The position numbers were made by a program, and so were the translations under genes. Under the pieces are notes generated by a model. It made no database searches. It was not told the origin of the DNA and saw only the letters and a program-made list of their open reading frames with translations. From assembly GCA_964571225.1 (NCBI GenBank), contig CAZNBB010000002.1, positions 7,421-71,420 on the forward strand: DNA of 64,000 bases, read 5' to 3'. The DNA is from an uncultured Gammaproteobacteria bacterium (GTDB lineage: Bacteria; Pseudomonadota; Gammaproteobacteria; DATFLG01). Positions 51,932 through 62,275 of the stretch are shown in pieces; the stretch's first letter is position 1, and every line of letters starts with the position of its first letter.

Positions 51932-54022
51932 ATGAGTCGCGGCCTTCGCAACCCCGCTGTGGCGGGCGGCGCAATCCTGCTGCTGCTGGTCGCCGCCGGC
52001 GTGGCCGCCGTACTCTGGTACGTCTCACTGGAACAGCAACGGGACCTGCATGACTGGCAGATCCGTCTCGGCCTGATCGCCGACAGCCGCGCTGACGCCG
52101 TCGACCGCTGGGTGACTACACAGTTCGACGCACTGCAGGAACTGGCGGACAACGCCTCCCTGCAGATGTACGCCACCCAGTTGGAGTTGCAACCCAAGCT
52201 GCAGAGCGACAACGTCGAGCCCGCCCAGCTCAGCTACCTGCGCAGCCTGATCATCGCCACCGCCCAGCGCAGGGGCTTCATCGACCCAAGCCCGCTCAGT
52301 ACCGTCATCCGGGCCAACGTACCCGGTCACAGCGACGCCGGACTGGCCCTGCTCGATCCGGGCGGCAAGCTGCTGGTGGCCACACCCGGCATGCCCGCGC
52401 TGGACAAGGGCTACCGGGCCGCCGCCCGGCGGGCCGTGGAGACCGGGCAGCGAACAGTTCGCGACATTCATCTGAACGCGGCCGGAACCCCGGTCATGGG
52501 CTTCGTCGTCCCGGTCTACGCCGTACAGGGAGCACAACAGGGCCGCACCGCCCATGCGATCGCTGTGATCCTCGGGGTGAAGAACGTACAAAGCAGCCTC
52601 TATCCGCTGATCCGCAGTCACAACCTGCTCACGGACCAGGACCAGACTCTGCTGGTGCGCCGCGAGGGCAATTCGGTGGTCTATCTGAGTCCGCTGGAGG
52701 ACAGCAGCCGTCCCACGTCGCGGCGGCTCGCCCTGAATAACCCGGACCTGGCGGCGGCGTTTGCGCTCCAGCACCCGGGCGCGTTCGCGCGACTGCACAA
52801 CTATCAGGGTACGGACGTACTGATGACCAGCCGCCAGCTGAGCGCGGCCCCGTGGGTGCTGGTCCAGGAAGCCGGCGCCGCGCCCGCTCTGAAGGAATCG
52901 AACGATCACCGGCGCTTTCTGCTGACCGCCCTGCTGCTGACCATCTTTCTGGTCGCCGCCAGCCTGGTGGCGGCCTGGCGTCACGGCACCAGTGTGCGCG
53001 CTCTGACCATGGCGGAACACCTGCGTACGACGTCCCGCGAGTTGGAAGTACGCACCGCGCTGCTGCATGCGATCACCGACAACGTCACCGACCACATCTA
53101 TCTCGCGGACCCGCAGCAGCATTTCATATTCGCCAACGGCTCCCTGGCACAGGTCACCGGATTGGCCGGCGGGGACTTCGCCGGCAAATCCCTCACCAGC
53201 GTGCTGGGGCCAGAGACAGCGAAGAGACTGTCCGATTTTGCGGACCAGGCGCTGCAGGACAATCATCCGGTGGTGGTTACCCGCTCGTTGGATCTGGGCG
53301 ACGGCAGCCGGGTGTTCCACTGCGCTTTCATTCCACTGGCACACGTGAACGGCCTGGAGCGTACCGTACTGACCGTGCTGCACGACATCACGGATCTTCA
53401 GCAGGCGCAGATCAAACGCTCGGCGCTGCTGCGCCAGTTGATCATCACCCTGGTACGGGTCGTGGACATGCACGATCCCTATTCCGCCAATCACTCGGCG
53501 CGCATGGCGGAGGTGGCGCTGGCGGTGGGACGGTCCATGCTGCTGAGCCAGACGGAGCTTGAGACCCTGGAACTGGCAGCGCAGCTGGCGAATCTTGGAA
53601 AGATCTTCGTTCCCAAGGAAATACTCACCAAGACCGGCGCTCTCACCGAGGCCGACCAGGAGGTCCTCAAGAAGCATGTCCAGTACACACTGGACATGCT
53701 CTCCGGAATCGACTTCGACGGACCGGTACTGGAAACCATCGCCCAGAAGCAGGAGCACTGCGATGGCAGCGGCTATCCGAAGGGACTGATTGGGGACGAG
53801 ATGCTGCTGACCGCGAAGATACTGGCCGTGGCCAACGCCTTCGTCGCCATGGTCAGCCCGCGCGCCTATCGCGACGCCGTGTCGGTGGACGCAGCCCTGG
53901 ACCGGCTGTTGGCCGACAGTCACAGCCGCTACGATCGCCATGTGGTCGCCGCGCTGTTCCACGTGGCCGAGAACCGGTCCGACTGGTCAACATGGCCGAA
54001 GATACAGCCGCCGGAAGCCTAG
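51932..54022 (+). CDS. Membrane-bound HD-GYP phosphodiesterase with a large periplasmic sensor domain and a cytoplasmic PAS-like region
   Basis: TM1 (AILLLLVAAGVAAVLWYV), a periplasmic domain of about 300 aa, TM2 (FLLTALLLTIFLVAASLVAAW), a PAS-like segment, then HD...HCDGSGYPKGL (HD-GYP). 696 aa. Confidence 0.8.
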   Translation: MSRGLRNPAVAGGAILLLLVAAGVAAVLWYVSLEQQRDLHDWQIRLGLIADSRADAVDRWVTTQFDALQELADNASLQMYATQLELQPKLQSDNVEPAQLSYLRSLIIATAQRRGFIDPSPLSTVIRANVPGHSDAGLALLDPGGKLLVATPGMPALDKGYRAAARRAVETGQRTVRDIHLNAAGTPVMGFVVPVYAVQGAQQGRTAHAIAVILGVKNVQSSLYPLIRSHNLLTDQDQTLLVRREGNSVVYLSPLEDSSRPTSRRLALNNPDLAAAFALQHPGAFARLHNYQGTDVLMTSRQLSAAPWVLVQEAGAAPALKESNDHRRFLLTALLLTIFLVAASLVAAWRHGTSVRALTMAEHLRTTSRELEVRTALLHAITDNVTDHIYLADPQQHFIFANGSLAQVTGLAGGDFAGKSLTSVLGPETAKRLSDFADQALQDNHPVVVTRSLDLGDGSRVFHCAFIPLAHVNGLERTVLTVLHDITDLQQAQIKRSALLRQLIITLVRVVDMHDPYSANHSARMAEVALAVGRSMLLSQTELETLELAAQLANLGKIFVPKEILTKTGALTEADQEVLKKHVQYTLDMLSGIDFDGPVLETIAQKQEHCDGSGYPKGLIGDEMLLTAKILAVANAFVAMVSPRAYRDAVSVDAALDRLLADSHSRYDRHVVAALFHVAENRSDWSTWPKIQPPEA

Positions 54023-54072
54023 TGGTCGGCGCGACGATAGGTAGGGAAGAAGCCGGAAACGAAAGCCCCGCT

Positions 54073-54867
54073 CTAACCCGGCCCGCCGCCGCTGCGGTTG
54101 GCCCGCTCCCTGCGGCGTTTGCGCAATCCCGAAAGGGTTAGAACAGGCCCGGAGAGGGCATAGATCAGAAAGACCGAAAACAGCACCTTGGGCGGATCCA
54201 CGGAAGTCAGCACGAACACCAGCACTACCAGCAGCACTGCCACGAAGGGCACGCGATCGCGGAAGTCGATTTCCTTGAAGCTGTAGTAACGGATATTGCT
54301 CACCATCAGCAGGCCCATCAGCACGGTCAGCACAAAGCCCGGAGCGATCATCTCCGCACCCGGAATCTTCATGTCGGAACCCACCCACACCAGACCGGCC
54401 AGCACGGCGGCCGCCGACGGGCTGGGCAATCCCTGGAAGTAGCGTTTGTCGGCGGTACCGACCTGAGTATTGAAGCGCGCCAGGCGCAGGGCAGCGCCGG
54501 CGGCGTAGATGAAAGCGGCGAGCCAGCCCAGCTTGGCCCAGGCCCAACCGAATCCCGACATGTCCCGCAGGGCCCATTCGTAGATGACCAACGACGGAGC
54601 CAGACCGAAGCACACCAGATCGGACAGACTGTCGTACTGGACCCCGAAATCGCTCTGGGTATTGGTCAGGCGGGCAACGCGGCCGTCCAGGCCGTCCATG
54701 AGCATGGCCACGAAAATGGCAATGGCGGCCGGACCGAAATGGTCGCTCATGGCCGCGACGATGGCGTAGAAGCCCGCGAACAGCCCTGCCGTGGTGAGCA
54801 GGTTGGGAAGCAGGTAGATGCCTTTGCGGCGTCTGGGCTCTGGGCTTTCCGTTTCCGGATCGGACAT
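54073..54867 (-). CDS. pssA: CDP-diacylglycerol--serine O-phosphatidyltransferase (CDP-alcohol phosphatidyltransferase type)
   Basis: 264 aa. ...DGLDGRVAR...GVQYDSLSD... (the CDP-OH transferase motif D-G-x2-A-R...G-x3-D-x3-D). Confidence 0.85.
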   Translation of the reverse strand: MSDPETESPEPRRRKGIYLLPNLLTTAGLFAGFYAIVAAMSDHFGPAAIAIFVAMLMDGLDGRVARLTNTQSDFGVQYDSLSDLVCFGLAPSLVIYEWALRDMSGFGWAWAKLGWLAAFIYAAGAALRLARFNTQVGTADKRYFQGLPSPSAAAVLAGLVWVGSDMKIPGAEMIAPGFVLTVLMGLLMVSNIRYYSFKEIDFRDRVPFVAVLLVVLVFVLTSVDPPKVLFSVFLIYALSGPVLTLSGLRKRRRERANRSGGGPG

Positions 54868-54958
54868 GATCGCTTGCCGTCGCTACCGCGGGGAACTGCT
54901 GTGGGCTGACCCGTCGGCCGGTGGCCGCTTCGCTCGGAAGCGGCCACCGGCCCAGGGC

Positions 54959-56095
<1,137 letters not shown>

Positions 56096-56587
56096 TCAGA
56101 GCCGCAGGGCCTTTTCCCCGCGGGCGATCCCCGAAACCCCCGATCGGACCACCTCCAGGATGAGGGAACGATCCACCGCCTGCAGGAAGGCATCCAGCTT
56201 GTCGCCGGTACCGGTCAGCTCGATGGTATAGGAGGTGTCGGTAACGTCGATGACGCGTCCGCGGAATATATCGCTCAGACGCTTGAGCTCCTCGCGGGCG
56301 CCGCCTATGGCTCGCAGCTTGACCAGCAGCATTTCCCGCTCGATGTGCTCGCCTTCCGTCATGTCCATCAGGCGCACCACGTCGATCAGCTTGTTGAGCT
56401 GTTTGATGATCTGCTCGATGATTTCGTCCGTCCCGCTGGTGACCAGTGTCATACGCGACAGGGATGGATCTTCGGTCGGCGCCACCGTCAGGGACTCGAT
56501 GTTATAGCCGCGCGCGGAGAACAACCCGGCCACCCGCGACAGGGCGCCCGCCTCGTTCTCCATCAGGATCGAAATGATATGCCGCAT
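56096..56587 (-). CDS. ilvH: Acetolactate synthase small (regulatory) subunit
   Basis: 163 aa. MRHIISILMENEAGALSRVAGLFSARGYNIESLTV (ACT domain). Confidence 0.92.
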   Translation of the reverse strand: MRHIISILMENEAGALSRVAGLFSARGYNIESLTVAPTEDPSLSRMTLVTSGTDEIIEQIIKQLNKLIDVVRLMDMTEGEHIEREMLLVKLRAIGGAREELKRLSDIFRGRVIDVTDTSYTIELTGTGDKLDAFLQAVDRSLILEVVRSGVSGIARGEKALRL

Positions 56588-56675
56588 CTGAGAAATCCGC
56601 TAAACGAGCCCAAATCAGGGCGCAACTCGGCGCCTCCGCCCGCAGGCCCCGGTGGGCCCGCACCTAGCCGCCGAC

Positions 56676-58370
56676 CTACACCAGTATCATTTCGTTCTGG
56701 CCGGCCCCGGCCGGAATCATCGGATAGACGTTCTCCGTCTGATCGGTGATGAAATCCAGGAACACCACCCGGTCCTTGATCTTCATTGCCTCGCGCAGCG
56801 CCGGTTCCACGTCGGCCGGTTTGTCGATGCGCATACCGGCATGTCCGTAGCTCTCGGCCAGCTTCACGAAGTCCGGCAGGGACTCCATGTACGACATGGC
56901 ATACCGGCCCTGGTAGAAGAACTCCTGCCACTGGCGCACCATGCCCAGGTACCGGTTGTTCAGATTGACGATCTTTATGGGCAGGCCGTACTGCCGGCAG
57001 GTAGACAGCTCCTGAATACACATCTGGATGCTGCCCTCGCCGGTCACGCACACCACCGTCTCGTCGGGGTGCGCGAACTGCACGCCCATGGCGGCGGGAA
57101 AACCGAAACCCATCGTGCCCAGCCCGCCTGAGTTGATCCAGCGCCGGGGCTCGTCGAATTTGTAGAACTGGGCGGCCCACATCTGGTGCTGGCCCACGTC
57201 GGAGGTGACGAAGGCTTTGCCCTCCGTGATCTGGTAGAGGCTTTCCAGCACAAACTGCGGTTTGACGATCTCGCTTTCGCGGTCGTACTTGAGGCAGTCC
57301 ATGGATCGCCATTCATCGATCTGCTTCCACCATTCGGCGAGCGCCTCCTGATCCGGCTTGCGCCCGCCATCCTCGATGAGCTTGGTCATGGCGGCCAGCA
57401 CAGGCTCCACCGATCCCACGATGGGCACGTCCACTTTCACGTTCTTGGATATGCTGGCCGGATCGATGTCCACGTGCACGATCTTGGCGGTGGGACAGAA
57501 CTTGGCCACGTTGCCCGTCACCCGGTCGTCGAACCGTGCGCCGATGGCAATCAACACATCGCAGTTGTGCATGGCCATGTTGGCTTCGTAGGTGCCGTGC
57601 ATGCCCAGCATGCCCACGAACTGGCGGTCGGTGGCAGGATAGGCGCCCAGCCCCATGAGGGTATTGGTGATCGGGAAGTTCAGCTGGCGCACCAGGCGCG
57701 TGAGCGCCGCGGACGCTTCGCCCAGGATCACGCCGCCGCCCGTGTACACCATGGGACGCTTGGCCGTCAGCATCAGGTCCACGGCCTTGCGGATCTGTCC
57801 GGGGTGGCCTTTGACGGTCGGGTTGTAGGAGCGCATGGAGATGCGCTCGGGATAGTCGAATTCTGTGCGGTTGGCGCTGATGTCCTTGGGAATGTCCACC
57901 ACCACGGGACCCGGGCGGCCGGTGGTGGCCACGTAGAACGCCTTCTTGATGGTAGTGGCCAGATCCCGCACGTCCTTGACCAGGAAGTTGTGCTTCACGC
58001 ACGGCCGGGTGATGCCGATGTTGTCCACTTCCTGGAAGGCGTCGTTGCCGATCAGGTTGGTGTTGACCTGACCGGTGAACACCACCATGGGAATGGAATC
58101 CATGTAGGCGGTGGCGATGCCGGTGACGGCATTGGTGGCTCCGGGGCCGGAGGTGACGATCACCACCCCGGGACGCCCGGTGGCGCGGGCGTAGCCGTCG
58201 GCCGCATGGGTGGCGGCCTGTTCGTGCCGGACCAGGATGTGTTTGACGTCGTCCTGGCGGTACAACGCATCGTAGATATGCAGTACCGCGCCGCCCGGAT
58301 ACCCGAAAATATACTCGACGCCCTCCTCCTTCAGGCAGCGGACGAAGATTTCGGCACCGGTCAGTTCCAC
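56676..58370 (-). CDS. ilvI: Acetolactate synthase large subunit
   Basis: ...[26 protein letters not shown]... and the TPP motif GDGSIQM. The start is proposed at the second GTG (MELTGAEIF) with SD GGAGA 6 nt upstream. The track start at 58391 is also possible. Confidence 0.9.
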   Translation of the reverse strand: MELTGAEIFVRCLKEEGVEYIFGYPGGAVLHIYDALYRQDDVKHILVRHEQAATHAADGYARATGRPGVVIVTSGPGATNAVTGIATAYMDSIPMVVFTGQVNTNLIGNDAFQEVDNIGITRPCVKHNFLVKDVRDLATTIKKAFYVATTGRPGPVVVDIPKDISANRTEFDYPERISMRSYNPTVKGHPGQIRKAVDLMLTAKRPMVYTGGGVILGEASAALTRLVRQLNFPITNTLMGLGAYPATDRQFVGMLGMHGTYEANMAMHNCDVLIAIGARFDDRVTGNVAKFCPTAKIVHVDIDPASISKNVKVDVPIVGSVEPVLAAMTKLIEDGGRKPDQEALAEWWKQIDEWRSMDCLKYDRESEIVKPQFVLESLYQITEGKAFVTSDVGQHQMWAAQFYKFDEPRRWINSGGLGTMGFGFPAAMGVQFAHPDETVVCVTGEGSIQMCIQELSTCRQYGLPIKIVNLNNRYLGMVRQWQEFFYQGRYAMSYMESLPDFVKLAESYGHAGMRIDKPADVEPALREAMKIKDRVVFLDFITDQTENVYPMIPAGAGQNEMILV

Positions 58371-58470
58371 GCTGGTCTCCTGCAGATCCACGACTGTCAG
58401 TGCGCGGCTCGCGGGTTTCCGGTGACGGACCGCAGGCCGCGCCGTTTGCCCACAACCACACGAACGTCAA

Positions 58471-58495
58471 CAAAAAACGCCCGACGACCGGGCGA
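58471..58495 (-). terminator. Rho-independent terminator or candidate attenuator, about 80-100 nt upstream of ilvI
   Basis: A 6-bp GC stem (CGCCCG/CGGGCG) with an ACGAC loop, followed on the minus strand by TTTTTTGTTG. Confidence 0.55.
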
Positions 58496-58590
58496 TGGCG
58501 CCGCACTGGCGCGATATTGGAAACTACTTATATTGCCACCGATGGTCAAGAGAATCCACGGGCGGCGGGCCTTGGAGAGGCGTTGCGGCG

Positions 58591-58621
58591 AAAAACGGGG
58601 CCCGACCACAGGACTGGCCCC
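58591..58621 (-). terminator. Rho-independent terminator downstream of the MutS2-like gene
   Basis: A GGGGCC/GGCCCC stem with a 13-nt loop, followed on the minus strand by GTTTTTCGCC. Confidence 0.5.
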
Positions 58622-58672
58622 GCCCCCCCGGCTGCGGTCCGGCACCGGCAGTGCCCAGGTAGCTGGGCCGTG

Positions 58673-60247
58673 CTAGGAACCGGAGCGCCCGCGAGTGATG
58701 TGCTCCAGGTGCTGCCGGGCTCGCTCAATCAGGGCACGCTCGATACCGTTCTGCTCGGCGACCACCAGACCGAGGGATTGGCCCGGCACCCCCACCTGCA
58801 GCAGATACGTGGGCCGCAGCCGATCATGATCGAAGCGCATGGAGGCGTTCAGCAGGTGTGGCCGGTTGGCCGCGTACTCCTTGAGCGGAGAGAGGTGGGT
58901 GTTGACGATGCCCTGCACCTCGCGCTCGGACAACTCGTCCAGCACGGCCATGGCCAGCGCCGCCCCTTCTTCCGGATCGGTACCGGTGCCCAGTTCATCG
59001 AGCAGCACCAGGGTGCTGGCGTCGGCTTCCTGCAGGATGCGTTTGAGCACTTCCACATGGCCGGCGAACGTGGACAGATGATGGAACAGGCTTTGCCGGT
59101 CCCCCACGTCAACCATGACCCGCCGGTAGTGCCCCACCACGCAGTCGCCTTCGGCGGGAATGTGCAGCCCGCAGTGGGCCATGGCGACCAGCAGTCCCAC
59201 CGTCTTCAGCGCCACCGTCTTGCCGCCGGTGTTGGGGCCGGATATCAGCATCAACCGCTGCGAAGGGTCCAGCCGGATCGACAGGGGCACCGGCCGCTCC
59301 AGGGTGCCGTCGGCGAACTGCAGGAGCAGCAACGGATGATAGGCCTCGTTGAGCTCCACCAACCGCTCTTCCACCAGCTTGGGGGCATGGGCATTCATGG
59401 TGGCGCTGAGCCGCCCGGCCGCCAGTGCCAGATCGATCCAGGTCAGCGCCGCAATCAGTTCCTCCAGGGCGCCGTGGTGAGCCCGCAGCTCGGTGGTGAT
59501 GTTGCGCAGCACACGCTGCTGCTCGGCATTGAGCTTGCCGGTGACGGTCTCCAGGCGATTGTTGGCCTGCACGGCCTCCATGGGCTCCACCACCGCATCA
59601 CGGCCGCCCATGGCGCTGCCGCGGCGCACGCCGCGGACCTTGTCGGCCAGCCGTTCATGGATCACCACCACCGCCCGGTCGTTGTGCCAGACGACTTTGT
59701 CGGGATCCTTGAGGTGCTCCTTGATATCGGCACGCTGCATACGCTCGAGCACCACCGCCTCGGCATCCTTGCGCAAGGCGCTGGATTGGGCATGAAGCGC
59801 TTCGAGCTCCGCGCTGGCGTCGACCCTCAGATGCCCTCCGCCTTCGATGCTGCGATCCAGCAGCTCGATGAGCTGGGGCGGCGCACGCAGGATCGCGGCG
59901 TCGCCCGGAAACAGCGCCGGGTAATCGGCCAGCGCGGCGGCCATGTCCGCCGCGGCCCCCAGGATCTGGCGCACGTTGAAAAGAGCCGTGCCGCTGAGGG
60001 CCGCACCCGGCGAGGAGGCCTGACGAAGGGCGGCACGCACGTCGGGAAGCTGGCCGAGACGGGGCGCCCGCCCGCCGTCCAGCGCCTCCCTGGCGGTGGT
60101 CACCGAAGCCTGCATACGGCGGGCCACGCCGAGGTCCGGCGCCGGATCGAGGTTGCGGGCGGCGTCGGCGCCGTAAGGCGTTTCGGACAACCGTTCCAGC
60201 AGGCGCCGGATGGCTTCGAATTCGAGCTCTTTCAGGTCGGCTTGCAT
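58673..60247 (-). CDS. MutS2-family ABC ATPase (MutS domain V) with no C-terminal Smr domain in this ORF
   Basis: MLISGPNTGGKTVALKTVGL (Walker A) and TLVLLDELGTGTDPEEGAALAMAVL (Walker B/D-loop). 524 aa from the ATG at 60247 (MQADLKELEFEAIRR). The ORF ends about 25 aa after the ATPase core. Confidence 0.75.
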   Translation of the reverse strand: MQADLKELEFEAIRRLLERLSETPYGADAARNLDPAPDLGVARRMQASVTTAREALDGGRAPRLGQLPDVRAALRQASSPGAALSGTALFNVRQILGAAADMAAALADYPALFPGDAAILRAPPQLIELLDRSIEGGGHLRVDASAELEALHAQSSALRKDAEAVVLERMQRADIKEHLKDPDKVVWHNDRAVVVIHERLADKVRGVRRGSAMGGRDAVVEPMEAVQANNRLETVTGKLNAEQQRVLRNITTELRAHHGALEELIAALTWIDLALAAGRLSATMNAHAPKLVEERLVELNEAYHPLLLLQFADGTLERPVPLSIRLDPSQRLMLISGPNTGGKTVALKTVGLLVAMAHCGLHIPAEGDCVVGHYRRVMVDVGDRQSLFHHLSTFAGHVEVLKRILQEADASTLVLLDELGTGTDPEEGAALAMAVLDELSEREVQGIVNTHLSPLKEYAANRPHLLNASMRFDHDRLRPTYLLQVGVPGQSLGLVVAEQNGIERALIERARQHLEHITRGRSGS

Positions 60248-60414
60248 GAGGACAATGGCAGACGGGGGAACGGTTATCCTAGCAAAGCGCGCCGCAGGGT
60301 CGCCATAATGTGTGACGGGGACACTGTTTTCCCTCTTTCGAGCATGGTAAAGACCAAGCTGCAATGACCGGTTGCGCTCCCGGGCACAGCCGCACAACAG
60401 TTGAGGCAATCGCG

Positions 60415-60879
60415 ATGACACGATCCACCGGCCTGTTGCTGGCCCTGTTGCTGGGCGCCGCGACTACCGCTCACGGGGCTATCTATAAGTGGACCGACAG
60501 CCAGGGCGGCGTCCACTACTCCCAGCAGCCCCCCACCGGGGCGAAAGCCCAGGAGGTGCCGCCGGCGCCGCCGCCGGCGGAGAATCCGGATACGGTCAGA
60601 TCCGAGCTCAAATCCCGCGTCGATGCCATGCAAAAGCAGCAGGACGCGCGCAGCAAGGCCGAAAAGCAGAAGCAGGAGGCGGCGCAGAAGAAGGCCCTGC
60701 GCGAGCGCAACTGCCGGGCCGCCCGCGCGAACCTGCAGGCGCTCACCAGCGGCGGGCGAAAGCGCTACCGCATGCCCGACGGCTCGGTGAGCTACCTGTC
60801 CTCCGAACAGACCGAGAGCCGCATCAAGGAAGCGCGGGACCAGATCGCCAAGAGCTGCGGGCCCGCCAAAGGAGAGTGA
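60415..60879 (+). CDS. DUF4124-domain periplasmic protein
   Basis: Signal peptide MTRSTGLLLALLLGAATTAHG, then IYKWTDSQGGVHYSQQPP (the DUF4124 signature), then a Lys/Gln/Ala-rich low-complexity tail. Confidence 0.65.
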   Translation: MTRSTGLLLALLLGAATTAHGAIYKWTDSQGGVHYSQQPPTGAKAQEVPPAPPPAENPDTVRSELKSRVDAMQKQQDARSKAEKQKQEAAQKKALRERNCRAARANLQALTSGGRKRYRMPDGSVSYLSSEQTESRIKEARDQIAKSCGPAKGE

Positions 60880-60883
60880 CGCC

Positions 60884-61228
60884 ATGCCGCTGCTGAGAAT
60901 CCAGACCAACCAGTCCATCGCCCCTGAACGGCGCCAATCCCTCGCCGCTCGGGCTTCGGCATTGGTATCCGAGTTGCTCGGCAAACCGGAACGCTACGTG
61001 ATGGTCGCGCTGGAGCCGGACTGTCACATGCTGTTTGCCGGCTCAGACGCGCCGCTTGCGAACATGGAACTGAAAAGCATCGGGCTGCCGGAGTCGGAAA
61101 CCGCTCGATTCTCGGACGCCCTCTGCCGGCTGGTCCGGGACGAACTGGGTGTGGAGGCCGAGCGAGTCTACATCGAGTTCGTGGATGCCCCTCGCAGGAT
61201 GTGGGGCTGGAACGGCGGCACCTTCTAA
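60884..61228 (+). CDS. MIF/tautomerase-superfamily protein
   Basis: 114 aa. MPLLRIQTNQS... with an N-terminal Pro-1 after Met, a MIF-family hallmark. Confidence 0.6.
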   Translation: MPLLRIQTNQSIAPERRQSLAARASALVSELLGKPERYVMVALEPDCHMLFAGSDAPLANMELKSIGLPESETARFSDALCRLVRDELGVEAERVYIEFVDAPRRMWGWNGGTF

Positions 61229-61289
61229 AGCCTGTCAGCGGGATTCGCAGGGCCCCTGTCGGCGTCCTTTTCCTCGAACGCCGATCGCC

Positions 61290-62078
61290 TCACTGCAGGG
61301 AACGCTCCAGGAAGGAGACGGTCGCCTGCCAGGCGGCCTGTGCCGCCACCCCGTCATAGCCGTCGCTGGAAGGCGAAGCGAAGCCATGGTCGGCATTGTA
61401 GACGTGAATTTCCAGCGGCTGATCGGCCTGCCGCATGGCTTTCCAGAAGGCGGCCACCTGGTCCGGCGTGACGCGGGTGTCCCGGGACGCGAAGATGCCC
61501 AGCACAGGTCCCTGCAGGGCCGACAGTTTCGAGGCGTCGTGCAGGGGAACCCCGTAGTAGTCCACCACCACCGATATGGCGTCGGGCATGCGCACGGCGG
61601 CACGCAGCGCCTCGCGGCCGCCAAGCCCCCATCCCATGATCACCAGCGGGCGCCCCGGTGCCTGCGCAGCCTGCACGGCGGCCTTGATCTTGGCATCGAC
61701 GGCCTTGGTGTCGAGGGCCCGTATCCACCGGCGCGCCTGATCCGGATCGTCCGTCACACGGCCCCCGTACAGATCCACCGCCACGGCCCGGTAGCCCTGA
61801 CCGGCGAAACGGTCGGCCCAGGACTTCACGCCGCGAGTCAGGCCCCGCCAGTCGTGAATCAGCACAATCCCACGATTGGCGCTGCTCGAGCCGCTGACGT
61901 AGGCCTTGAAGGCCGCACCGGAGGCGGTCTTGAGCGCCACCATTCTGCCCTGCAGGGAACCTGAGACCAGCGGATCGAATTCGGTCTCGCCGGTGCCGGG
62001 AAGCATCGCAGCCACCGCCACCTGGACGGCCGTCAGCCAGATCAACACCGCTACCGCCAGTGAACGCCTCACGTGCAC
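61290..62078 (-). CDS. Dienelactone hydrolase family protein (secreted)
   Basis: Signal peptide, then VLIHDWRGL, GWGLGG (nucleophile elbow) and DHGF. Confidence 0.75.
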   Translation of the reverse strand: MHVRRSLAVAVLIWLTAVQVAVAAMLPGTGETEFDPLVSGSLQGRMVALKTASGAAFKAYVSGSSSANRGIVLIHDWRGLTRGVKSWADRFAGQGYRAVAVDLYGGRVTDDPDQARRWIRALDTKAVDAKIKAAVQAAQAPGRPLVIMGWGLGGREALRAAVRMPDAISVVVDYYGVPLHDASKLSALQGPVLGIFASRDTRVTPDQVAAFWKAMRQADQPLEIHVYNADHGFASPSSDGYDGVAAQAAWQATVSFLERSLQ

Positions 62079-62275
62079 TCCTTCGGTTTTGTCCCCGGCA
62101 CCATTTGCTCCAGGGCTCCTTCACCCGGTGCGCTAGTATAAGACGAAACCACCCCGTTAAAGGTCAATCCGACGTGTGAGAGCAAGACCACGCCCACACA
62201 GCCCCTGTACCGCGACAGCCCCCGCCCGCTAGAATTCCATTCTTACCGTCATCGAGCAGCGACAGGCCCCACAAC

